Below are positions 37,530 through 51,100 of a stretch of DNA of 64,000 nucleotides, piece after piece (the stretch's first letter is position 1; the number at the start of each line of letters is the position of its first letter). A model generated the notes under the pieces. It was not told the DNA's origin. It saw only the letters and a program-made list of their open reading frames with translations, and did no database searches. Source of the stretch: Guillardia theta CCMP2712 (lineage: Eukaryota > Protista > Cryptophyta); the NCBI RefSeq assembly GCF_000315625.1, contig NW_005434662.1, positions 464,307-528,306 on the forward strand, written 5' to 3'. Both the position numbers and the translations under genes were made by a program.

Positions 37530-40500
37530 TGGATGTAGGATGAGTGAGATGAGGAAGACAAGACGAAGACGAAGATGACGATGATGGAGAGCCGAAGTTT
37601 GAAGTCTCTTCAATGATGTGATGTCGCTGCCTTCGCTGCTGTGGGTGATGGAGAGTTTCTGGGCAATCCGCCCATGATAGGCTGCGTCTCCAACGGATGA
37701 ACAGGATCCTCGGCGATTGCTCTAGGATTGCAAGCAGTGCTTCGACATCATCTTCTCTATGGATCACAGTATCTCCTCCTACAGTCCATGCACATGAAGT
37801 GAGAGTGCTCTTGTAATCTCTGGTGAACAAAAGTATGGAGGGTTACCTCCTGCTGGATCTATGCAACACCTTCGATGGGGATGAATGGCCGGTCCAGAAG
37901 TTCTTCAGCGCATCGTTTGTTCGCCATGACATCTCGGCCTTCTGGAGGTTTTCAATCGGCAACGTGAAGTTGCAATTGTTGGCGATCAAGCAAAGGAGGA
38001 GGACTCAGAGGAGCGTACTAAGAGCAGTGTTCTACAGCTGGCTCTTCCATGCGTCGGAAAACAGTGAGGAGGTGATTGGCGCCAGGTTGCACAAGTCCAC
38101 CACAGACAAATCGTTGGATCTCTCTGCCCTCAAGTTGCGGATTCTTCCGCAGCAAGTCGTGAACGTCCAAGCAGCACTTGCTTCGACCCTGACAAAACTT
38201 GATCTGGCAAGCAACTACATTTCATTCTTGCCAAGACAACTGTTCGAACGTGTCTTGAACCTCAATGTTTTGAAGCTAACAGATAATCGTATACGATCCC
38301 TGCCATCCACTCTCTCATGCTTACAGTCCCTTCAATTCTGCCTGCTGGACAAGAACGATTTCGTGGTCCTGACGCCAGCAGTAGGGGATCTGAAATCATT
38401 GCATACGCTGCACATTCAAAGCAACCCAAACTTCACAAGCTTTCCGCTGGAGCTTGGAAAGAAACATCACGTGTCACTGGGAGGGACTATGAGAGAGCTG
38501 CTGTACGACTATGATGTTGTTGAATACCCTCCGCCTGAAGTCTCTGAGAATGGTTTAGCCATGCAGTTCGATTTCCTTTCTAGGATATGGAAGGCAGCAG
38601 AAACCGGGTACCTATCTCTGGGAGGAATGAACCTGAAGTCTATCCCTCACTTCCTGTACGAGCATCCCCTCCGGACGAGGATCACTGAGCTCAACATCTC
38701 GCAGAACAAGATCGATCGCCTTCCTCCGGCGTTCGGCCTGATGACAAGCTTGACTAGGTTGCGGATGGATGAGAACTTCTTTGTCTTCCCCAGCCAGCAC
38801 ATGATGAGGCAGTCTTCCTCCTTCCGCGACCTGGAGAGCAGAACCTTGACCGAGGCTTCCAAGCTTCCCTTCATGCACTTTCTTCGTCGGATCGCCACGT
38901 GCAAGTACACGAGAGAAATTGTCCTGAGCGGAGGTGAATGGATGTTTGACGGGACGAGAGTGGAAATCTCGGTGAGGTTGATAGCACCAGAGCTGTTCTT
39001 CTACACAAACTGCGCGATCCTTGACGTGCGGGGCAATGATATCAAGACGATCCCAGAGGAAATCTGCAAGCTCGTGACCATGACAAAGCTCTTGGCCGAC
39101 AAGAACAGGGTTCGCACAGTCCCGGACACGCTCTCCAAGGTCACGTGCCTTCAAGGTATGTGGTGGGTTGAGTTTCTGGGTTGACGTTGAGATGCCCGAC
39201 AGTCCTCTCTCTAGCCGTGAATGAAATCAGAAGTCTCCCCGACATCTTCTCAGCCCTTGGCCAGCTCTCGCACCTGAATGTCTCCAGCAACCAGCTCAAA
39301 GTTCTGCCCAGCTCCATCACTAGCTGTGGATTGCTGTCTCATCTGTGAGCCTGCTGACGATAAAGCTTTCCTCTGACCCGACTGCTGCAGCTACGTAGAT
39401 CGCAACGAGATTCACTCCTTCCCCAAAGATTTCAACAGGCTCCTCTCGTTGAGGGTCTTTCACTTCGGCCACAACTCCATCTCCCAGCTCTCCCCGCAGC
39501 TAGGAGCTAGCTGGTACTTGGAGGATGTCAACGCAGAGGGATGCTTTGCGGTATGTTGTCGTCCCTGTCCTCACTAGCTGATCCCGCAGCAGATCCAGGA
39601 GTCCCCACAAGAAATTCTCAACGGCTCCACGAGTTTCTTCCACAAGGTGGAGGCATACCAGTCCCCGCACACGAACTTCGATGCCTCCCTCCTCGTCCGC
39701 CTGCTCGCAACGCCCACAGGCCGGAGGATCACTCAGCTCCCGCCTGAGATGAAGACGCTGGCGAACCTCAAGGAGCTGATGGAGAGGCTGGAGCGAGAGG
39801 TGAAACCTTCCATGCTGTCACTTCCGATTGACCTGTAAGCACGGGGTTGCAGACGGGCACTCCTGTGCAGGAAATAATGTTTCCTTCCTGTCTAGAGGGA
39901 GAGGAGGAGGATGAGAGCCGGATAATCGAGTACCTTCCGCCAGAAACGATCTACACCAGGAACTGGAGGCTGACCAAGATGGCCCAGGTGACCAGTTGTG
40001 ACTGTGGTCTTTCCTTGCTTTCCTGTGCATGTATCCCATCCCATACTTCCTCGCGCTTTCTCACCTGCCCCTGCCTGCTCAGGTGGATGGAAAAGATGCC
40101 AACCTGGTCAACAGGAAGATCAGGGCGAAGCTCGCGCCGTACCGCCGGCGACCTCCTCTCGTGCGCTACCTCTGGGGGTTGTGGTCCAGCTCTTCAGCGG
40201 GGCTCGCAGACTTCTCCGGCACAGGGATGGTCAACCTCAAGTTTGACATCCTCTCGATCAGCTGGATCACCAGGCTCTCGCTGTCTTACAACAGAGTGTC
40301 AACTCTCCCAGCTGGGATCGGCAGCCTCACCCAGCTGCAGAGTCTTGACCTCAGCCACAACCTCATCACCTCCCTCCCACCGCAGATCGGCCAGCTGACA
40401 AGCATGAAGCAGCTGGATCTTAGCTTCAACATGCTTGACTCTCTCCCCAAGGAGATGTCCTCTCTCCCCGACTGGTCGTATCCCCGGGACCCGCGCGCGA

Positions 40501-41743
40501 AGAATCTTTTCTCCCTCGACTGGATCACAGGCAACCCCATCTCCTTCCCTCACCCTCAGATCCTCCAGCTCGGTCCCTCCCACGTCCGCGGCTTCCTCCG
40601 GCTCGTGGCTCAGGCGGAGGAGACGGGGCGCCTAGACTTCCAGCAGCGAGAGCTTCCTATCTTCCCTGAGCAGCTCACAGGCTTCACCTTCCTCCAGCAG
40701 CTGGACCTCAGCAGCAACAAGATCGACCGGATCCCTCCCGCCTTCACCAGCATGGTCAACCTCAAGGAGTTCACAATAGCCGGCAACAACGTCGATCGAC
40801 TCCCCACCAGGATGAGCTCCCTGACGTCGCTCGAGGTTCCTCGCCCCCTCTGCTTCCTCCTCCCCCCACCGATCTCCTCCTGACTTCCTTGTTGTCATCC
40901 ATCGTTTCCGATCGCTCCCCTCCCTTCTGTATCGCCAAGTGCTCTCTTGTTTATTTTTCCTCCTCTCTTCCCTCTCCACACAGTGCTGGACTGAATCCTG
41001 GTCTTCTCCTCTGCCGTCCTTGATTCACTCCTTTCCTCACCGTCTCCCTGCACAGATTCTCGACGTGCGCGACAACCAGCTCAAGTCAGTCCCGGAGGGC
41101 ATCGGCATGCTGCATGCTCGACTCGTCCGCCTCAACCTTGGGAGGAACGTGATCGAATCTCTTCCTCCTTCCATCGGCCTCCTCTCAAACCTCAGGGTCC
41201 TCGAGCTCAACTGGAACCTGCTCTCCTTCCTCCCTGCCGAGCTGGAGAGCTGCAGGCAGCTCGAGGAGCTGCTCGCCAGCTACAACCAGCTGCGGCAGCT
41301 CCCCCATACCTTCTCCAACCTCACCAACCTCCGAGTGGCAGCGATCCAGAGCAACAGGATGGAGCTCCTCCCCTCCTGCTTCGGCAACATGCCGAACCTG
41401 ACGAAGCTCGCGCATCTCAACAACCCCTGGAAGATGCCGCAGCAGGAGATGCTCTCCTGGCCGGAGGAGTTTGAGCAGCACGACAGGTCCAAGATGTCCA
41501 TGGGGATGAGGGTGTGGGGGAGGATCCAGCTGACGGAGAGGATGCGGTTTGCGAAGGTGGATGCGATCAACGAGGATGGGACGTTCGACTTGGGATTCGT
41601 CGACACGAGAGACACGAATGCTGAGATCAGGAAGGAGAGGAAAGTGCGAGTGGAGGTGATACACTCGCCTTCGTCTGTGGTTTGAAGATATGAACAATGA
41701 TCTTGATGGTGGTGTGATGAAAATGACTACCAGACTTTATGCA

Positions 41744-41785
<42 letters not shown>

Positions 41786-41789
41786 ACTA

Positions 41790-41879
<90 letters not shown>

Positions 41880-44800
41880 CTGATTTGAATGCTTGTCCCA
41901 AATTAGATGGTCATTTGATGACGATGAGCAGATGGCTGGAGAGCTCTTGATCAAGCCGCTGTCTAGTCATGACCGGCTGGTGGATTTCATGAGCAGGATC
42001 CATCTTGCTTCTAAGCACAAGGAGGTGACGCGAGTGAGGAGCTGAGGTCTTGTGCTCTGACATGGCTGCAGCTCGACCTCTCCGGCTGTTATATCTCGGA
42101 GTTCATCGACTACGACGGGGGAGCTGGTTTCAAACACGTGGTGGAGGCCGGTTGGTACACGAGGGGACTGAGAAAGCTCCTCCTCTCGCACAACAGGCTG
42201 TCGACGCTTCCTCCCTCCATCTCTCGACTTTCTTCCCTCACTGTCCTGCAGCTCCAGCAGAACTCCCTCCTTGCGCTCCCGGAGACTCTCAGCTGCCTGA
42301 TCAGCCTGGTCGAGATCGACGTCTCCCACAATCTCCTCACTGTGCTGCCCTGCGGCCTCGGCATCCCCGCAGAGCTGGAGACGATCGTCACCCATCACAA
42401 CCCGCTCCTGGCTCCTCCCCCCGAGGTCGTTCGAGGAGGAGCGCAAGTCATCAGTCGATACCTGCGAGGAGTACACCTGGCTCGGAGGACAGGGGAGCTG
42501 TACTGGGAGCAGCTGGGACTGTGCAGCATCGACACGCTGACGGTGATGCTGCCTGACGGGGAGGCGGCGACGCTGCGAGAGCTCTATCTCGACGACAACC
42601 TCCTCGTCGTCTTCAACCCCTCGGTCCTCGCCGAGCTGGCAGCCCTTCGCGTCCTCCGCTGCTGCAACAACTTCCTCACCTTCCTGCATCCTAACGTTGG
42701 GCTCTTCTGCACGCAGCTCGAGCAGCTGACCCTGGACGGCAACCGCCTCTCCCACCTCCCTCACACGCTCGGCACGCTGACGGGACTCCTTGCGATCTCT
42801 GCGGATAGGAACCCCCACCTGCTGTCTCCTCCCCCGGAGGTGAACGCGCTGCCCTCCTCGGTCAAGATCCGCTTCCTCCAGCAGATGTCACATGCTGTCT
42901 CGCACCAGCACGCTGACCTCTCTGACTTTGGGCTGCAAGCAGTTCCTCCCGATCTACTGGAAAACAGCAGCATCCGCGTCGTCCTGCTCGGCCACAATCA
43001 GATTTCGTCCCTCCCCCCCTCTGTCCAGACTTGGACCTCCCTCGTCGAGCTCTGCTTGCAGGGCAACCGGATCAACAGGCTCCCTGCTAGCATCGGGTTC
43101 TGCACTGCTCTGACTTCCCTCGACCTCCGCCACAACCGTCTGCGCCGGTTGCCTCCGGAGATGGGCAGGATGCGAGCATTGAACAAGCTCCTCCTCCTCG
43201 GCCAGCAGTCCAGCTCTACTCGGGACACGGCTGGTCTACAGCAGGGGTTCATGTGGAGCACGGAGGAGGCTACTGTAGGACACGTTCATAACCTCAGCGG
43301 CTGCGACGAGTACGTCTGCCAACCCAACATACCTAAGCTTGTCTGCCCATCCTGCCTCGCTCAAGGGCTGGTCATGGCTGGGACCTTCGACAGTGAAGAG
43401 GTAGAGACTCGGCTGCACGCGTACCTGTCGCAGGAGGAGGAGAGGCAGAGACGGGGGAAACCGTCGGTGGAGTTCCCTACCGTAGAATGTCCGACGTGCG
43501 GCGAGAGGACGCGGCTAAGCGAGCTGAAGGAGCCGAGGAGGAAGGACTCTTCTGCAGTCAGGGAGTGGATCCCTTCCAGGCTGTGGCATCATGACGTGTG
43601 GAGTCCTGAGCTGCCTCAGCAGACGTTCTCCGCCTTCTACACGAGGAGCAGCAGGACAAGAAGCCCTTCGGACAACCGCCATATCCCCGACATCATCGAG
43701 ACGCCTCCCATGCTCGGGGGGGAGGGAGACGCGCATGACACGCAGGCAGTGGTCTCGTACCTGGCCCGCTGCCTGGAGGCTCGTGGAGGCAGCCTGGCGC
43801 TCTCCAACTTTTACCTCCTCCAGTTCCCGCTCGAGGCCCTCGACCTGTCGGGCCTCCGCACGTGCGACGTCAGTCACAACAGCATCAAGGACCTCCCGAC
43901 GGATCTCGACCGGCTGACTCGCCTCCGCTCCCTCCGGGTGGACCACAACATCCTTGAGATGCTCCCCCCCGGCCTTCGCTTCCTGACTTCCCTCACCGAG
44001 CTGCTCGCCAACGACAACATGCTCGAAGAAGTCTGCCCGGAGATCGGAGCTTGCGTCCACCTGACAAGGCTGAACCTGCACGCGAACAAACTCGTTACTC
44101 TTCCCCACACCATCGGCAACTGCTCCCTCCTCACACAGCTCACCATCCACCAGAACAAGATCAAGGTCATTCCCCCCTCCCTCAGCAACGCCAGCAACAT
44201 CACCATGCTCGAGCTGGACGGCGGGCCGGAGGACTGCCACTTCGTCTCTCCTCCTCCTCCCATCCCGAGCCAGAGCTCTGCCAACTTCATGAGGTACCTC
44301 AAGGAGCTTTACACCTACTCCAAGGAGAAGAGGCTCTTCACGCCGGGCTACGGGCTAGAGGAGGTGCCAGGCCTTGTCCTCGAGGCCGCCACGTGTGTGG
44401 TGGCGCTGAACTTGGACGCGAACAACATCAGCCAGCTGCCGGAGGAGATCGGTCACTTCACGCTACTGGACGAGCTCTTCTCCATCTGCGACAACGAGCT
44501 TGTCGAGATCCCCGAGAGCGTCGGGAACCTCGTGAGGCTTCGGAGCCTGAGGCTGTCGGGCAACAACCTGACCATGCTGCCCGACAGCTTGTCAGAGCTT
44601 GTCTGCCTCGAAGAGTTCCTGGTGGACCACAACAACCTGCAGGACTTCAACCGCTGCTTCAGCACCATGACCTGCCTCCACACGCTCTCCATCGCCGACA
44701 ACAACATCAAGGAGGTCTATCCCGAGTTCGGCCTCATCTCCTCCCTCACCTCCCTCAACTTCGTGGACAACCCGGTGGTCCTACCTGGCCCCGAGGTCAG

Positions 44801-47800
44801 CACCAGGGTGACGGAGAAGGTGGTCGACTACCTGGGGAGGATCAAGGTGTCTCAGTCGACGGGCTGCCTGGACCTCGCCAACTTGGACCTTTTCTCCCTC
44901 AACCATCAGGTCAAGGACGCGTACACTGCACGGGTCATCGACCTCCGCCACAACCACATCGCCGCCCTCCCACACGACTTCGCCCTGATGGTCCACTGCC
45001 AAGAGCTGCTGCTGGACGGGAACCCAATGAGCCACCTGGAGGACTCGATCGGCAAGCTCGTCTCCCTGGAGGTCCTCTCGGTAGAGAGGATGGCCGACCC
45101 CCTTCGGGCCTTCCCGGAGGTCTCGTTCGCCGGGCTGAGGAAGCTGGTAGTGCTCAAGGCAGCGCACAACGAGATCTCCATGCTGCCGGACGTGTTCAAG
45201 TTCGTTTCCCATGTGGAGTATGTGGACCTCAGCAGCAACATGGTGAGAGTTTGTAAGGGGCTGAAGAGCCTGCGCTGACCCGCTGTCGCAGTTGACGCAG
45301 CTCCCTCCCTCCATGACCAACTGCCGCCAGCTCAAGGTCCTGCTGGTGAACAACAACCGTCTGAAGCAGTTGTTCAAGGGATGCAGCAACCTCAAGTCCC
45401 TTCACACTCTTGACATCTCTCAGAACAAGCTCACGAGGCTGTCGAGGGGCCTTGGCGGCCTCTACCTCAGCGAGACGCTCAAGAACTTCGACCTGTCGGG
45501 CAACGAGTGGGAGATGCCCCCGGACGAGATCACCTCCAAGGGAGAGCAGTGGATGCTCAAGGTAACGACTAGCACCGAGGGGCCTCGTGTGTCTCACTTG
45601 CTGCTTGCAGTACGTGGGGGAGTTGTGGAAGGCGAAGCTGGCGAACGGGATCAGCCTCTGCAAGTTCAGCCTGTCGAGGGTGTACGAAGATATCATCCAA
45701 GACAACCTGGTAGAGCTGGCGCTGGACGACAACGAAATCTCCATCATACCTCCATCCATCAACCGCCTGAAACGACTCGAGGATTTCTCCATCCAGAGGA
45801 ACAAGTGAGCCTCTCGCCTCTCTGCCCTCCTCCTCCTCCTCGCCCCACCAGCTGACTGGCTGTGCAGGCTGACGGAAATCCCCGAGGAGCTCTGGAACCT
45901 CCGGGCCCTCTCAGTGCTGAAACTGGACGACAACAAGATCACCTCGATCTCTCGCAACATCGTCCGACTCGCTTCCACTCTCACCTGGTTCAGCATCGAA
46001 AGAAACTTCGTCACTTCCTTCCCCGTGGAGTTTGCTCAGATGGAGGTCCGTAACCTGCTCCCCTCCTCCCCCCTCTCTGACCTCACGATCCTGCTCGCAG
46101 ATGCTCGAGATCTTCAACTGTTCCACCGCCGGGCTAGACGCTGACGTCAGGCACGCGTATGAATCCGGGCTCGAGACCTTCATGGCCTACATGCGAGCAT
46201 GGTCGACCGTCAAGACCTCCGGCAGGCTGGACCTCAACTGGGACGCGTCGCTTGCCTGGGATCCCTTGCAGGAAATGCCAGCGCAGCTCTGGAGGTTTGC
46301 GGACAGACTGACTGTCTTGTACCTCAACGAAAACTCCATCATGCATCTCCCATACAACATCTTCCTCCTCTACAACCTCAGGCACTTGTCGTTGGACAAG
46401 AACAACATACAAAGCTTGCCCTACTCACTCTGCAGACTGACCGCTCTCGAGGCCCTTTCCCTCCAGGACAACAATGACATGTACGACCCTCCTTATGACG
46501 TCTACCTCGAGTTCGGGCTGCCGGGGATCATGAGCTACCTGAAGGCCCTAGACTCCGCCCCCTCCTCCAGGACCCTGGAGATCCAGTCGCTCAAGGTAGG
46601 GGAGGACTCGCTCTGTGCTCTGGTAGTGCTGAGCCAGGTTTACAGCTGAACTCCCTCAAGATCAACGACGCCATCCTGACGACGCTGGAGAGTCTCAGCC
46701 AGAGGAAGGCGAGGGCGGACGTCAGGCTGACTGACGGCCGTCGGCACAACGAGGCGGAGTCGTTGCAGATCGCGCACCGACTTGCGCTCATGCACATCAG
46801 CTCCCTCAACCTGGACTACAATGAGTTCGACGCCGTCCCCCCCGATGCCCTCAAGTTCACGGACCTCGTGCTGCTGTCGGTGGCGCACAACAAGGTGGAG
46901 TCGCTTACCGACAGGATCAGCGTGCTGAGCAACCTGACGGTTCTGGAGCTAGAGGACAACCTGCTGCAGCACCTTCCCCAGAGCCTTGAGGGCAACCGCT
47001 CGCTGGTGAAGTTGACGCTGAACAGGAACCAGTTCCAGTCCTTCCCCGAAGTCATCTTCGACCTGTCGGGCTTGCAGATCCTGAACCTTGCGCTGAACCA
47101 GATCGAGCTCGTCCCAGAGGCCTTGTGCGAGGCAAACACTGCGCTGAAGCTCCTTGCGCTGCAGCACAATCAGATCCATGCGCTGCCCAGCAACATCGGG
47201 CTCATGGCGAACCTGATCCTACTGGACCTTACTCAGAACCACATCATCTCCCTCCCCTCCAGCATCTCCGCGTGTCAGAGGCTCAGGGCCCTCTTCCTCT
47301 CCGGCAATCCCCTCCCCTCCTTTCCGCGCGACGTCCTCCTCCTCTCAAGGCTGCAGCAGGTCCTGTTCCTCTCGAGCCTCTCCCGCCTCCCTGACCCTCC
47401 TTGCGCAGTTGCGATGCTCCAGCACACAACTCTCCGGCGTGCCTCCTGAGCTGGGGCTGCTGACTTGTCTCAAGGAGCTGCTCCTCTCCGACAACGAGCG
47501 GCTGGTATGGCCGACCCCGGACGTTCTTGAGCAGCCCATTCAAGACGTCCTCTCCTACCTCCGTACTTACCTGGAAGCGGAGGAGGAGGAGGACGGGGGT
47601 CAGAGCGGCGCTTCAGGCCCTGAGACGCGGGGGGTCAGCGTTGACTCCTTCCTCGCCCACAACGCCCGACTGGCCGAGCTGATGGTCGAGCTGCAGGAGC
47701 TGACGCTGGAGCTGGAGGAGAAGCAGAAGGAGCTGGCGAAGCACACGAGGATAGGGAACAAGTCCAAGGTCGCGGAGCTGCAGGGGGTGGTGGACGAGCT

Positions 47801-47936
47801 AAACTACGAGAGGCAAATGCTGGCCCACGAGCTGAGAGAGACGGAGGAGCTGGGAAAGTTGGACGAGAACCTCCTGCTGATCGAGGCTGAGCTTTCAAAG
47901 ATGGAGAACCCAGCCGAGGACTCGGACTCGGACTAG
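37530..47936 (+). CDS. Very large multi-exon leucine-rich-repeat protein with Tudor-like and Zn-ribbon insertions and a C-terminal coiled coil
   Basis: Dozens of LxxLxLxxNxLxxLP repeats across ORFs 37823, 40029, 40939, 42138, 45292, 46032, 46763 and 47409, linked by short GT-AG introns. The start is approximate. Confidence 0.88.
41745..41880. repeat. Compound (GCT)n(GAT)n microsatellite in an intron of the LRR gene
   Basis: About 13 GCT units followed by about 30 GAT units. Confidence 0.95.
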
Positions 47937-48136
47937 GAGGACGAGGGGGGTGGCAGGGGAGCAAGGAGAGGGCAAGGGACGAGGAAAAAAGGGAATGGTG
48001 GGAAGTAGAGGGGGTAGGGAAGGTGAGGGCGATGGAAAGGTTGTTGTACAGACTGCAAGGTTTGCAATGTAAACTATGAAAGAATGAATGTGAAAAGAAT
48101 ACAAGCAGACGCATCGCCGGAGGGGACGTGAGCCCG

Positions 48137-51100
48137 TCACCTGGCCCCACTGGGAGTCAAGAAGCAGGAGGGAACAACGTAATCCTCCGACACGTCCCGC
48201 CATTCCTCCACCGCCATGACTCGCAACTCGTACTCCCTGCCCTCCTCCAGCTGTATCGCCTCCGCGTTCAACTTGCTCTGGAAGGTCCTCTGCGACGGGT
48301 CCCAGGCAAACAGCACCGTCCGCACCTCCTTCTCCAGCCCTGACCGCAGCTCCATGTAGCGCATGCCCAGCGTGTACAGGTTGCTCCCTTGCCGGTTGAT
48401 CTCTCCTGCCTGCCCGATCACGTACTCGCCCAGGGCCCTCGCGTCCACCTCGATGGTGTCAAAGTTTGACTTGGGAGCGCGGAAAGCTCGAGTGCCGTAG
48501 GAGGTCGGCAGTCCAGCCTCGCACTTCAAGGAGAATGTAGTCTTCACCCTCCACAGGTTGCTGTGCTCGAACTTCAGCCCCTTCTCCCCCAGATACACTG
48601 CAGTGATGACGTCATGCGCCTGCAAGTAGGTCAACCCATCCGGCGAGTTCTGTGCCAGGAGGGCTTGGATCTTAGGCCACATGACCGGGTCGCTGCTCGC
48701 CACGTCTTCAGCTGTCAGGCCCCGGACGTCCACTAGGTCATATCTAGCGTAGGCGTCCAGAAGCACTTGAATGGTCTCCAGGAAGTGCCCGAAGCTCCCG
48801 GCGATCTCCTCCCTCAGCTCCGCGAGTCTCCGCGCTCCCAGCCCCTTCCGGATCTCCCTGCTCGTCTCCCAGTGCGACAGCCAGCTGTCCAGCTTCCTCG
48901 TCGTCCTGCGGCCGTAGGCGTTCTGCAAGCCATGCTGAGTGGTAGGGGGACCGGAGTTGTCTACCGCAAGAGAGATGGCGCCTTGAGTCGCGAGATGCAA
49001 GGGAGTGCAAAGGTTGCGATCGAGCAAGTTCACGTCCGCGCCTCCTTCAAGCAGCACGTAGCAGATGCTCTCCAGGCCACACTGAGCCGCCAGATGCAGC
49101 GCGGACATCCCGTCCGTCTCCTCCAGGGAGTCTACGTCGAGTTTGAGCTTACCCTTGCTCAGAATCATCTTCACAGCTCCTTCCTGCCCCATCTTGACCG
49201 AGTAGTGCAGCGGCTCGATGCCCAGAAGGTCCCGAGCTCGCACGTCCGCTCGAGCATCGAGCAGGAGGCCGATCAGATCAGAAGTGCCGTTGACGCAGGC
49301 CACGTGCAAGGGGGTCCGGCCCAAGTCATCGGCATGACTGAAATCGGCCCTCATCTCCACCAGCACCTTCACGACCGCCGACCGGCCGGCAGCACACGCT
49401 TGATGCAGAGGCGTCCAGCCCATGGGGTGCCGGAGGGTGCGGAACTCTTGAACCACTTCCTTCTTGCGGAGTTTCGGTGCCACGTCACCGGGGGCGTCGC
49501 CCTTGATCCACAAGGTCGAGCTGGCAGCATACTGAAGTGGTAGGCGAACGAGCTTAGGTAGGCGCTGCTCAGCTGGAGCCTTGCTGGACCGACCAACCGG
49601 CTCACCTCCAACAGGAAATTCAGCTCCAATGATATCAAGCTCTAGATCCCTCGATCGGCTGAGAGCACGAACAGCATGATACCTTCCGAGCGCTGCTGCG
49701 CGATGCAGAGCGCTCTCTCCATGCTTGTTCAGCGCGTTGACGTTGACGCCATACTGAATTGCCAGCTGGACACAGGCTGGCCCTCTGGCCTCGTGCTCTA
49801 CAGCAAGGTGCAAGATGGTCTCATTGTCTGCAGTGAGACAAAGGACGAGGTCAGGGTCATGGTCCAACAGGAGCTGCATCGTTGCAACGTGGCCATTCTT
49901 GGCTGCTCGATGGACGGCGGTGTGGCAGACCTTGTGGTCTCCGATCCAAGGATCGACGTCGAAGCAGGCGAGGAGGGAGGCAACAATCTCCTCCAGCCCT
50001 CTCTCAGCAGCGAGCATCAGAGGCGTGATTCCGTGCGGGTCAGTTAGGTTGACGTCGATGCCGTAGAAACCGACGTGCCGGATGTCATCCGTGTGCGGGT
50101 GAATTACGCACAGGGGAGCTGCTTCCGGAGCTGCGAGGTCCCAGACTCTGACACCCGAGTCAGGGGTCGAAGAGGCGATGACCAGGCACTTGTCACGATA
50201 GGAAGCAAACTGAATGTCGTAGACCGGGCCTCTGTGAGCGTTCTCACCATCTTCCTCCCCACAGAAGGTCTTGTAAGGGCCCTTGGTGAGCCCTTCCGCT
50301 GTCTTCAGCCTCCACAGGAAAATCTCTCCGGTCCCCGAACCTGAGATGATCACCTCGTAGACTCTCTCCTCGAAGACAGGGTAGCGGAATTTCTTGGACT
50401 TGGCGCACATGACGGCGCTGTCGTGGCCCTTGTAGATTCTTGTCTTCTGCGTGTCGAGGTCCAAGATGCGGAAAGTCCTGTCGTTGGAAGCGGTGAGGAG
50501 GATAGTGGACGTCAGCTGGATCGAGTTGATCGACGATCCTTGATGGAAGGTGAAGTACTTGAGCAGGCTCCCTCCTGACAGGGACCAGACAAAACAGATT
50601 CCCATGCGAGAGCCGTGCACAACCCGGTCGGAGGCGACATCCAGATCCACTGAGACCACAGGGCTGGGGAACTGATTCGGCCGCGTGTCTTGATAGACGC
50701 GGATGCACCTCGCTGTGTTCGCATCCCACAACCTCACTGTCGTGTCTTCAGAGCCGCTCACCAGATACTTACCTGGGGTTGTGCTCTCCGAGCTCTGCAC
50801 CTTGACGCACGTGATCGCTCCCGTATGACCGGAGAACACCCTCGTCACTTCCTCCAACCCCCTGATGAAGTTGCAAGGCTGAGACTGCTGAGTCGTCAGG
50901 CTCGTCATCTGAATGGAGCCGTCGGTGCTTCCCGTTATGATCCTGTCCTGAATGATCTGCATCCCACGCACGACGTTGTGATCTTCTGACTGCCGGACGA
51001 GCAGTCGGCTCCGTTCGAGCTTCAGCCAGCCTTCGCTGTACTCAAGGCCCGTTACTCGGATGGTGCTGTCATCAGAGGCCGAGATAACAGCGCTCGTCGA

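Noticed and set aside
41690-41950. Poly-Ala/poly-Asp ORF
   Set aside because: Microsatellite lying between LRR exons and bounded by splice-like sites.
44051-45256. 401-aa alternative-frame ORF and other long overlapping ORFs in 40-52 kb
   Set aside because: Expected by-products of GC3-rich codon usage in the LRR and ankyrin genes; no recognisable motifs.
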